DNA from: Eledone cirrhosa
Taxonomy: Eukaryota
DNA: 64,000 nucleotides
Reading direction: 5' to 3'
NCBI GenBank assembly: GCA_964016885.1
Contig: OZ024764.1
Location: forward strand, 18,414,001 to 18,478,000
Under the pieces are notes generated by a model that did no database searches, was not told the origin of the DNA, and saw only the letters and a program-made list of their open reading frames with translations. Numbering within the stretch: the stretch's first letter is position 1; each line of letters starts with the position of its first letter. Positions 9,742 to 21,700 of this stretch are shown piece by piece. A program made the position numbers and the translations under genes.

Positions 9742-11978
9742 AAGATAGTCTGCTCCAAATCAATCCAATAGAGGAACCAATGGTGCAAGTTAAAGGTAGT
9801 ATAATAAGTAAGGCAATCAAAGATATGAAGACTGGCAAGGCAGCTGGGCCTTCAGAGATAGTTGCTGAGATGTTGAAGGCATCTGGTATGGTGGGACATA
9901 CTATGGTCACCCGTATAGTTAACCAAGTAATACAGAATGGGGTCATACCAAAGGACTAGCGTAGCAGCATCATTGTTAACTGTTACGAGGGTAAAGGAGA
10001 TGCTCTAGATAGGGGAAACTATAGAGGCATTAAATTAATTGACCAGGTCATGAAGGTCACAGAAAAAGTTATAGAGAGCGAATTGATCTAGATGAAATGC
10101 AGTTTGGGTTTGTGTCTGGTAAAAGTACCACAGACGCTCTTATCCTTGTACGACAACTACAGGAGAAGTACCTAGCTAAAAGTAAACCCCTCTACTTAGC
10201 TTTTGTTGACTTGGAGAAACCCTTTGACAGAGTCCCTCACTCCATTATCTGGTGGGCTCTTAGAAAACTAGGTGTTGATGAATGGCTTGTGAGAGCTATA
10301 CAAGCTATGTATAATGAAACAGTCAGTAAGGTTAGAATTAACAATGAATATTGTGAAGAATTTAGTGTAAAAGTTGGTGTTCACCAAGGCTCTGTCCTTA
10401 GCCCCCTCTTATTTATTATTGCCCTTCAGGCTATAATAGAGGAGTTCAAGACCAGCTGACCATGGGAACTCCTATATGCAGTTGATCTAACACTCATAGC
10501 TGAATCAATGTCTGAACTAGAGAAGAAATTCGAAACATAGAAGCATGGCCTAGAATCAAAAGGCCTTAAAGTTAACTTGTCTAAGACTAAAGTTCTAGTT
10601 TGCAGAAAGGAAAATAGGGCACAGGTGCCCTCAGGGAAATGGCCATACTCAGTGTGTAGGAAAGGAGTAGGCAGAAATTCCATTTTATGTTCCAAATGCA
10701 AAGTATGGGTGCATAAAAGATGTAGAGGGATCACAGGTAAACTAACCAAGAACATAGATTTTATATGTGGCTGGTGCTCAGGTGCAATAAGTAGCAAGCG
10801 CCCACAGGATACTAGCTCCTTCTATTGCCCAGATGGTTCTATAGAAATAGTGGACAGCTTCCGTTACCTGGGTGACAAAATCAGCAGTGGGGGAGGGTGC
10901 TCTGAAAGTACAGTAGCTAGAGTCAGAACGGGATGGAAAAAGTTCAGAGAGCTTATACCGCTGTTGGCCACAAAAGGTTTCATCATCATCATCACCGTTT
11001 TACGTCCGTTCTTCCACGCTAGCATGGGTTAGACGGGTTGTCCTGTTGTGGGCAGTGTCTGGTCGGCTGACCATACCTTGCTCATACGGGAACTGATTTG
11101 GCTTGATTTCTACAGCTGGATGCCCTTCCTAACACCAACCTTATTTACAGTGAGTGCTGGGTGCTTTTTCGTGGCGCCTACACGTCCACTTTACAGTGGG
11201 AGGGTGTTGGGGCCTATTGTCTATATGCTTCAGCTTGTACCCATGGGAGGTCGGGTACTCTGTATTACTGCATGACGCCAGAGGTCACGGTCGTGTGTCA
11301 TCGCCTTTCTCTAAAAATGAAAGGGAGATTGTATGATGCCTGTATACGAACAGCAATGCTACATGGCAGTGAGACATGGGCATTACGTGCAGAGGACCTG
11401 TGTAGACTGGAAAGGAACGAAGCATGCGTGCTCCGTTGGATATGTAATAGTAATATACGTGAACAGCAAAGCATAAATGAACTAAGTGAGAATTTAGGAA
11501 TAAGAGGGATCAGATGTTGTTTACTTGAGAGAAGACTACGTTGGTATGGTCACGTGATGCGCATGAAAGACGACAGCTGTATAAAAAAGTGCAGGGCGAT
11601 CAGAATAGATGGTAGTTATGGAGTAGGTAGACCCAGAAAAACCTGGGACGATCTGATAAATTCCGACCTTACACACTTGCACCTCTCTAAGACAATGTCT
11701 CTGGACCGAGATCTTTGGCGCTACGCAGTAATACAGAAGACCCGCCTTGCCTATGTACAAAGCAAAACCTACAGTCAGTAGGCACCTCTTAACCAAATAT
11801 ACACCCCAATCCACTACCCCTACCCTATCCTCCCACTCCCACCAACAGCACGAGATAATGAGATCGAGTTCGTGTAGGTGTCACGACAAAAAACACACAG
11901 TCCACGCTATAATGTGGCCGTGTAGGTAACACGGTAAAAAATTCCCTGTTCCACACTGTAAATGTGGTTGGTGTTAGG
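9742..11978 (+). pseudogene. 5'-truncated, decayed RTE-clade LINE (RT, Cys-rich insert, C-terminus, 3' UTR), interrupted at 10981-11304
   Basis: Motifs KTGKAAGPSEIVAEMLK, GNYRGIKL, QFGFVSGKSTTDA, FVDLEKPFDRV, GVHQGSVLSPLLF, YAVD (10475-10486, decayed YADD), FRYLGD, MLHGSETW, RRLRWYGHVMRM, GRPRKTW. In-frame stops (e.g. 9957-9959, 10538-10540) and a frameshift near 10070. Confidence 0.92.
10981..11304 (-). mobile_element. Short 5'-truncated RTE copy (last ~25 codons, 3' UTR and (TGA)n tail) inserted antisense into the larger RTE
   Basis: Minus strand encodes AMTHDRDLWRHAVIQSTRP versus host TMSLDRDLWRYAVIQKTRL. It ends ...ggacgtaaaacggtgatgatgatgatg. The host ORF reads LATKG before and LSLKMKGRLY after the insert. 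Confidence 0.85.
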
Positions 11979-12273
11979 TGTGCAATTGGTGTGCAATTGA
12001 AAGAGCTAGTATTCTGTGGGCACTTGCTGCTACTTATTGCACCAGAGCACCGGCCACATATAAAATCTGTGTTCTTAGTTAGCTTACCTGTGATCCCACT
12101 ACATCTTTTATGCACCCATACTTTGCATTTGGGACATAAAAGGGAGTTTCTGCCTACTCCTTTCTTACACACTGAGCATGGCCATTTCCCGGATGGGACC
12201 GATGCCCTATTTTTCTTCCTACAAACTAGAACTTTAGTCTTAGACAGGTTAATTTTAAGGCCTTTTGATTCTA
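11977..12273 (-). pseudogene. Inverted internal RTE fragment (Cys-rich/PHD-like segment) homologous to ~10551-10830
   Basis: Encodes SKGLKINLSKTKVLVCRKKNRASVPSGKWPCSVCKKGVGRNSLLCPKCKVWVHKRCSGITGKLTKNTDFICGRC. Bounded by an 11-bp tandem duplication (ggtgtgcaatt x2) and (TA)n. Confidence 0.88.
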
Positions 12274-12499
12274 TATATATATATATACTTTAAGAATAAA
12301 GGAACAAGGATTCAGTGTTGCATCATAACATATTTAATAACACACACACATACATAGATATATGCATTATTCAGGAATGATCTGTTTGGACAAAGCATGT
12401 CTCTAAAATTGTCAAGAAGGCTGAGGCTGTCTTACATGATTTAAAAAAAAATATTTTGAAGTGAATGGGACCCAACGGGTCATGGATTGTCTAGTTTGA

Positions 12500-12722
12500 A
12501 ATAATTTAAATCAAAATGAAGCAGTAGAAAAAAAGACCAGATTTAGTTGCCTGGGTTTTTAAGGCGCAGCTTTCTGAAATGATGAAAGATATCAAAGAAA
12601 GACACATTCTAGGTGTGCCAGTGGCTTGTATTCATGACATTGAGTTCCAAAAAAGAGTACTTCCCCATTGCCATATGTTGATCATCTTAAGAAACAGAGA
12701 AGACATTGACAGGATCGTGTAG
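12500..12722 (+). pseudogene. Helitron RepHel fragment (Rep domain, HUH motif 2)
   Basis: Translation from 12534: RPDLVAWVFKAQLSEMMKDIKERHILGVPVACIHDIEFQKRVLPHCHMLIILRNREDIDRIV*. This matches the Helitron Rep signature RPDxxxRVF...EFQKRGLPHxH...IDxxI. Confidence 0.85.
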
Positions 12723-15700
12723 CTGTCACAACAAAAAGTACCCAGTCCACACTGTAATGTGGTCATGTAGGTGTCACAACAAACAGCACCCAGTCCACAC
12801 TGTAAAGTGGTCATGTAGGTGTCTCAATAAAAAGTACCCAGTCCACACTGTAAAGTGGTCATGTAGGTGACACAACAAAAAGTACCCAGTCCACACTGTA
12901 AAGTGGTCATGTAGGTGTCACAACAAACAGCACCCAGTCCACACTGTAAAGTGGTCATGTAGGTGTCTCAACAAAAAGTACCCAGTCCACACTGTAAAGT
13001 GGTCATGTAGGTGACACAACAAAAAGTACCCAGTCCACACTGTAAAGTGGTCATGTAGGTGTCACAACAAAAAGTACCCAGTCCACACTGTAAAGTGGTC
13101 ATGTAGGTGTCTCAACAAAAAGTACCTAGTCCACACTGTAAAGTGGTCATGTAGGTGTCTCAACAAAAAGTACCCAGTCCACACTGTAAAGTGGTCATGT
13201 AGGTGTCTCAACAAAAAGTACCCAGTCCACACTGTAAAGTGGTCATGTAGGTGACACAACAAAAAGTACCCAGTCCACACTGTAAAGTGGTCATGTAGGT
13301 GTCACAACAAACAGCACCCAGTCCACACTGTAAAGTGGTCATGTAGGTGTCTCAACAAAAAGTACCCAGTCCACACTGTAAAGTGGTCATGTAGGTGACA
13401 CAACAAAAAGTACCCAGTCCACACTGTAAAGTGGTCATGTAGGTGTCACAACAAAAAGTACCCAGTCCACACTGTAAAGTGGTCATGTAGGTGTCTCAAC
13501 AAAAAGTACCTAGTCCACACTGTAAAGTGGTCATGTAGGTGTCTCAACAAAAAGTACCCAGTCCACACTGTAAAGTGGTCATGTAGGTGTCTCAACAAAA
13601 AGTACCCAGTCCACACTGTAAAGTGGTCATGTAGGTGACACAACAAAAAGTACCCAGTCCACACTGTAAAGTGGTCATGTAGGTGTCACAACAAACAGCA
13701 CCCAGTCCACACTGTAAAGTGGTCATGTAGGTGTCTCAACAAAAAGTACCCAGTCCACACTGTAAAGTGGTCATGTAGGTGACAAAACAAAAAGTACCCA
13801 GTCCACACTGTAAAGTGGTCATGTAGGTGTCACAACAAACAGCACCCAGTCCACACTGTAAAGTGGTCATGTAGGTGTCTCAACAAAAAGTACCCAGTCC
13901 ACACAGTAAAGTGTTCATGTAAGTGTCTCAACAAAAAGTACCCAGTCCACACTGTAAAGTGGTCATGTAGGTGTCACAACAAAAAGTACCCAGTCCACAC
14001 TTTAAAGTGGTCATGTAGGTGTCACAACAAACGACACCCAGTCCACACTGTATAGTGGTTATGTAGGTGTCACAACAAAAAGTACCCAGTCTACACTGTA
14101 AAGTGGTCATGTAGGTGTCACAACAAAAGGTATCCAGTACACACTGAATAGTGGTCATGTAGGTGTCACAACAAAAAGTACCCAGTCCACACTGTAAAGT
14201 GGTCATGTAGGTGTCACAACAAAAAGTACCCAGTTCACACTGTAAAGTGGTCATGTAGGTGTCTCAACAAAAAGTACCCAGTCCACACTGTAAAGTGGTC
14301 ATGTAGGTGTCACAACAAAAAGTACCCAGTTCACACTGTAAAGTGGTCATGTAGGTGTCTCAACAAAAAGTACCCAGTCCACACTGTAAAGTGGTCATGT
14401 AGGTGTCTCAACAAAAAGTACCCAGTCCACACTGTAAAGTGGTCATGTAGGTGACACAACAAAAAGTGCCCAGTCCACACTGTAAATTGGTCATGTAGGT
14501 GTCACAAAAAACAGCACCCAGTCCACACTGTAAAGAGGTCATGTAGGTGTCTCAACAAAAAGTACCCAGTCCACACTGTAAAGTGGTCATGTAGGTGTCT
14601 CAACAAAAAGTACCCAGTCCACACTGTAAATTGGTCATGTAGGTGTCACAAAAAACAGCACCCAGTCCACACTGTAAAGAGGTCATGTAGGTGTCTCAAC
14701 AAAAAGTACCCAGTCCACACTGTAAAGTGGTCATGTAGGTGACACAACAAAAAGTACTCAGTCCACACTGTAAAGTGGTCATGTAGGTGTCACAACAAAA
14801 AGTACCCAGTCCACACTGTAAAGTGGTCATGTAGGTGTCTCAACAAAAAGTACCCAGTCCACACTGTAAAGTGGTCATGTAGGTGTCTCAACAAAAAGTA
14901 CTCAGTCCACACTGTAAAGTGGTCATGTAGGTGACACAACAAAAAGTACACAGTCCACACTGTAAAGTGGTCATGTAGGTGTCACAACAAACAGCACCTA
15001 GTTCACACTGTAAAGTGGTCATGTAGGTGTCTCAACAAAAAGTACCCAGTCCACACTGTAAAGTGGTCATGTAGGTGACACAACAAAAAGTACCCAGTCC
15101 ACACTGTAAAGTGGTCATGTAGGTGTCACAACAAACAGCACCCAGTCCACACTGTAAAGTGGTCATGTAGGTGTCTCAACAAAAAGTACCCAGTCCACAC
15201 TGTAAAGTGGTCATGTAGGTGACACAACAAAAAGTACCCGGTCCACACTGTAAAGTGGTCATGTAGGTGTCACAACAAACAGCACCCAGTCTACACTGTA
15301 AAGTGGTCATGTAGGTGTCTCAACAAAAAGTACCCAGTCCACACTGTAAAGTGGTCATGTAGGTGTCTCAACAAAAAGTACCCAGTCCACACTGTAAAGT
15401 GGTCATGTAGGTGTCACAACAAAAAGTACCCATTCCACACTGTAAAGTGGTCATGTAGGTGTCACAACAAACAACACCCAGTCCACACTGTATAGTGGTC
15501 ATGTAGGTGTCACAACAAAAAGTACCCAGTCTACACTGTAAAGTGGTCATGTAGGTGTCACAACAAAAAGTACCCAGTACACACTGTATAGTGGTCATGT
15601 AGGTGTCACAAGAAAAAGTACCCAGTCCACACTGTAAAGTGGTCATGTAGGTGTCACAACAAAAAGTACGCAGTCCACACTGTAAAGTGGTCATGTAGGT

Positions 15701-18700
15701 GTCTCAACAAAAAGTACCCAGTCCACACTGTAAAGTGGTCATGTAGGTGTCACAACAAAAAGTACCCAGTCCACACTATAAAGTGGTCATGTAGGTGTCA
15801 CAACAAAAAGTACCCAGTCCACACTGTAAAGTGGTCATGTAGGTGTCACAACAAAAAGTACCCAGTCCACACTGTAAAGTGGTCATGTAGGTGTCACAAC
15901 AAAAAGGACCCAGTCCACACTGTAAAGTGGTCATGTCGGTGTCATGACAAAAAGTACCCAGTCCACACTGTAAAGTGGTCATGTAGGTGTCACAACAAAC
16001 AGCACCCAGTCCACACTGTAAAGTGGTCATGTAGGTGTCACAACAAACAGTACCCAGTCCACACTGTAAAGTGGTCATGTAGGTGTCACAACAAAAAGTA
16101 CCCAGTACACACTGTATAGTGGTCATGTAGGTGTCACAACAAAAAGCACCCAGTCCACACTGTAAAGTGGTCATGTAGGTGTCTCAACAAAAAGTACCCT
16201 GTCCACACTGTAACGTGGTCATGTAGGTGACACAACAAAAAGTACCCAGTCCACACTGTAAAGTGGTCATGTAGGTGTCACAACAAACAGCACCCAGTCC
16301 ACACTGAAAGTGGTCATGTAGGTGACACAACAAAAAGTACCCAGTCCACACTGTAAAGTGGTCATGTAGGTGACACAACAAAAAGTACCCAGTCCACACT
16401 GTAAAGTGGTCATGTAGGTGTCACAACAAAAAGTACCCAGTCCACACTGTAAAGTGGTCATGTAGGTGTCTCAACAAAAAGTACCCAGTCCACACTGTAA
16501 AGTGGTCATGTAGGTGTCTCAACAAAAAGTACTCAGTCCACACTGTAAAGTGGTCATGTAGGTGACACAACAAAAAGTACCCAGTCCACACTGTAAAGTG
16601 GTCATGTAGGTGTCACAACAAACAGCACCTAGTCCACACTGTAAAGTGGTCATGTAGGTGTCACAACAAAAAGTACCCAGTACACACTGTATAGTGGTCA
16701 TGTAGGTGTCACAACAAAAAGTACCCAGTCCACACTATAAAGTGGTCATGTAGGTGTCACAACAAAAAGTACCCAGTCCACACTGTAAAGTGGTCATGTA
16801 GGTGTCTCAACAAAAAGTACCCAGTCCACACTGTAAAGTGGTCATGTAGGTGTCACAACAAAAAGTACCCAGTCCACACTGTAAAGTGGTCATGTAGGTG
16901 TCACAACAAAAAGTACGCAGTCCACACTGTAAAGTGGTCATGTAGGTGTCACAACAAAAAGTACCCAGTCCACACTGTAAAGTGGTCATGTAGGTGTCAC
17001 AACAAAAAGGACCCAGTCCACACTGTAAAGTGGTCATGTAGGTGTCATGACAAAAAGTACCCAGTCCACACTGTAAAGTGGTCATGTAGGTGTCACAACA
17101 AACAGCACCCAGTCCACACTGTAAAGCGGTAATGTAGGTGTCACAACAAACAGCACCCAGTCCACACTGTAAAGTGGTCATGTAGGTGTCACAACAAAAA
17201 GTACCCAGTACACACTGTATAGTGGTCATGTAGGTGTCACAACAAAAAGTACCCAGTCCACACTGTAAATTGGTCATGTAGGTGTCACAACAAAAAGTAC
17301 CCAGTTCACACTGTAAAGTGGTCATGTAGGTGTCTCAACAAAAAGTACCCAGTCCACACTGTAAAGTGGTCATGTAGGTGTCACAACAAAAAGTACCCAG
17401 TCCACACTGTAAAGTGGTCATGTAGGTGTCTCAACAAAAAGTACCCAGTCCACACTGTAAAGTGGTCATATAGGTGACACAACAAAAAGTACCCAGTCCA
17501 CACTGTAAAGTGGTCATGTAGGTGACACAACAAACAGCACCCAGTCCACACTGTAAAGTGGTCATGTAGGTGTCTCAACAAAAAGTACCCTGTCCACACT
17601 GTAAAGTGGTCATGTAGGTGACACAACAAAAAGTACCCAGTCCACACTGTAAAGTGGTCATGTAGGTGTCACAACAAACAGCACCCAGTCCACACTGTAA
17701 AGTGGTCATGTAGGTGTCTCAATAAAAAGTACCCAGTCCACACTGTAAAGTGGTCATGTAGGTGACACAACAAAAAGTACCCAGTCCACACTGTAAAGTG
17801 GTCATGTAGGTGTCACAACAAAAAGTACCCAGACCACACTGTAAAGTGGTCATGTAGGTGTCTCAACAAAAAGTACCCAGTCCACACTGTAAAGTGGTCA
17901 TGTAGGTGTCTCAACAAAAAGTACTCAGTCCACACTGTAAAGTGGTCATGTAGGTGACACAACAAAAAGTACCCAGTCCACACTGTAAAGTGGTCATGTA
18001 GGTGTCTCAACAAAAAGTACCCAGTCCACACTGTAAAGTGGTCATGTAGGTGACACAACAAAAAGTACCCAGTCCAAACTGTAAAGTGGTCATGTAGGTG
18101 TCACAACAAACAGCACCCAGTCCACACTGTAAAGTGGTCATGTAGGTGACTCAACAAAAAATACCCAGTCCACACTGTAAAGTGGTCATGTAGGTGACAC
18201 AACAAAAAGTACCCAGTCCACACTGTAAAATGGTCATGTAGGTGTCACAACAAAAAGTACCCAGTCCACACTGTAAAGTGGTCATGTAGGTGTCACAACA
18301 AACAGCACCCAGTCCACACTGTAAAGTGGTCATGTAGGTGTCTCAACAAAAAGTAGCCAGTCCACACTGTAAAGTGGTCATGTAGGTGTCTCAACAAAAA
18401 GTACCCAGTCCACACTGTAAAGTGGTCATGTAGGTGTCACAACAAAAAGTACCCAGTCCACACTGTAAAGTGGTCATGTAGGTGTCACAACAAACAACAC
18501 CCAGTCCACACTGTATAGTGGTCATGTAGATGTCACAACAAAAAGTACCCAGTCTACACTGTAAAGTGGTCATGTAGGTGTCACAACAAAAAGTACCCAG
18601 TACACACTGTATAGTGGTCATGTAGGTGTCACAACAAAAAGTACCCAGTCCACACTGTAAAGTGGTCATGTAGGTGTCACAACAAAAAGTACCCAGTCCA

Positions 18701-21700
18701 CACTGTAAAGTGGTCATGTAGGTGTCTCAACAAAAAGTACCCAGTCCACACTGTAAAGTTGTCATGTAGATGTCACAACAAAAAGTACCCAGTCCACACT
18801 GTAAAGTGGTCATGTAGGTGTCACAACAAAAAGTACGCAGTCCACACTGTAAAGTGGTCATATAGGTGTCACAACAAAAAGTACCCAGTCCACACTGTAA
18901 AGTGGTCATGTAGGTGTCACAACAAAAAGGACCCAGTCCACACTGTAAAGTGGTCATGTAGGTGTCATGACAAAAAGTACCCAGTCCACACTGTAAAGTG
19001 GTGATGTAGGTGTCACAACAAACAGCACCCAGTCCACACTGTAAAGTGGTCATGTAGGTGTCACAACAAACAGCACCCAGTCCACACTGTAAAGTGGTCA
19101 TGTAGGTGTCACAACAAAAAGTACTCAGTCCACACTGTGAAGTGGTCATGTAGGTGTCACAACAAAAAGTACCCAGTCCACACTGTAAAGTGGTCATGTA
19201 GGTGTCACAACAAAAAGTACCCAGTCCACACTGTAAAGTGGTCATGTAGGTGTCTCAACAAAAAGTACCCAGTCCACACTGTAAAGTGGTCATGTAGATG
19301 TCACAACAAAAAGTACCCAGTCCACACTGTAAAGTGGTCATGTAGGTGTCACAACAAAAAGTACGCAGTCCACACTGTAAAGTGGTCATATAGGTGTCAC
19401 AACAAAAAATACCCAGTCCACACTGTAAAGTGGTCATGTAGGTGTCACAACAAAAAGGACCCAGTCCACACTGTAAAGTGGTCATGTAGGTGTCATGACA
19501 AAAAGTACCCAGTCCACACTGTAAAGTGGTCATGTAGGTGTCACAACAAACAGCACCCAGTCCACACTGTAAAGTGGTCATGTAGGTGTCACAACAAACA
19601 GCACCCAGCCCACACTGTAAAGTGGTCATGTAGGTGTCACAACAAAAAGTGCCCAGTCCACACTGTAAAGTGGTCATGTAGGTGTCTCAACAAAAAGTAC
19701 CCAGTCTACACTGTAAAGTGGTCATGTAGGTGTCACAACAAAAAGTACTCAGTCCACACTGTGAAGTGGTCATGTAGGTGTCACAACAAAAAGTACCCAG
19801 TTCACACTGTAAAGTGGTCATGTAGGTGTCTCAACAAAAAGTACCCAGTCCACACTGTAAAGTGGTCATGTAGGTGTCACAACAAAAAGTACCCAGTCCA
19901 CACTGTAAAGTGGTCATGTAGGTGTCTCAACAAAAAGTACCCAGTCCACACTGTAAAGTGGTCATATAGGTGACACAACAAAAAGTACCCAGTCCACACT
20001 GTAAAGTGGTCATGTAGGTGTCACAACAAACAGCACCCAGTCCACACTGTAAAGTGGTCATGTAGGTGTCTCAACAAAAAGTACCCTGTCCACACTGTAA
20101 AGTGGTCATGTAGGTGACACAACAAAAAGTACCCAGTCCACACTGTAAAGTGGTCATGTAGGTGTCACAACAAACAGCACCCAGTCCACACTGTAAAGTG
20201 GTCATGTAGGTGTCTCAACAAAAAGTACCCAGTCCACACTGTAAAGTGGTCATGTAGGTGACACAACAAAAAGTACCCAGTCCACACTGTAAAGTGGTCA
20301 TGTAGGTGTCACAACAAAAAGTACCCAGTCCACACTGTAAAGTGGTCATGTAGGTGTCTCAACAAAAAGTACCCAGTCCACACTGTAAAGTGGTCATGTA
20401 GGTGTCTCAACAAAAAGTACTCAGTCCACACTGTAAAGTGGTCATGTAGGTGACACAACAAAAAGTACCCAGTGCACACTGTAAAGTGGTCATGTAGGTG
20501 TCTCAACAAAAAGTACCCAGTCCACACTGTAAAGTGGTCATGTAGGTGACACAACAAAAAGTACCCAGTCCAAACTGTAAAGTGGTCATGTAGGTGTCAC
20601 AACAAACAGCACCCAGTCCACACTGTAAAGTGGTCATGTAGGTGACTCAACAAAAAATACCCAGTCCACACTGTAAAGTGGTCATGTAGGTGACACAACA
20701 AAAAGTACCCAGTCCACACTGTAAAATGGTCATGTAGGTGTCACAACAAAAAGTACCCAGTCCACACTGTAAAGTGGTCATGTAGGTGTCACAACAAACA
20801 GCACCCAGTCCACACTGTAAAGTGGTCATGTAGGTGTCTCAACAAAAAGTAGCCAGTCCACACTGTAAAGTGGTCATGTAGGTGTCTCAACAAAAAGTAC
20901 CCAGTCCACACTGTAAAGTGGTCATGTAGGTGTCACAACAAAAAGTACCCAGTCCACACTGTAAAGTGGTCATGTAGGTGTCACAACAAACAACACCCAG
21001 TCCACACTGTATAGTGGTCATGTAGATGTCACAACAAAAAGTACCCAGTCTACACTGTAAAGTGGTCATGTAGGTGTCACAACAAAAAGTACCCAGTACA
21101 CACTGTATAGTGGTCATGTAGGTGTCACAACAAAAAGTACCCAGTCCACACTGTAAAGTGGTCATGTAGGTGTCACAACAAAAAGTACCCAGTCCACACT
21201 GTAAAGTGGCCATGTAGGTGTCTCAACAAAAAGTACCCAGTCCACACTGTAAAGTGGTCATGTAGATGTCACAACAAAAAGTACCCAGTCCACACTGTAA
21301 AGTGGTCATGTAGGTGTCACAACAAAAAGTACGCAGTCCACACTGTAAAGTGGTCATATAGGTGTCACAACAAAAAGTACCCAGTCCACACTGTAAAGTG
21401 GTCATGTAGGTGTCACAACAAAAAGTGCCCAGTCCACACTGTAAAGTGGTCATGTAGGTGTCTCAACAAAAAGTACCCAGTCTACACTGTAAAGTGGTCA
21501 TGTAGGTGTCACAACAAAAAGTACTCAGTCCACACTGTGAAGTGGTCATGTAGGTGTCACAACAAAAAGTACCCAGTTCACACTGTAAAGTGGTCATGTA
21601 GGTGTCTCAACAAAAAGTACCCAGTCCACACTGTAAAGTGGTCATGTAGGTGTCACAACAAAAAGTACCCAGTCCACACTGTAAAGTGGTCATGTAGGTG

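Noticed and set aside
12270-12300. Helitron 5' terminus (TC + tatata...)
   Set aside because: The tcta is explained by the end of the inverted RTE fragment followed by a (TA)n microsatellite. Too weak to call, though not excluded.
9447-12722. Single Helitron spanning the CTAG end at 9448 and the Rep fragment
   Set aside because: The putative 3' end is on the minus strand and the Rep fragment is on the plus strand, so the orientations are incompatible.
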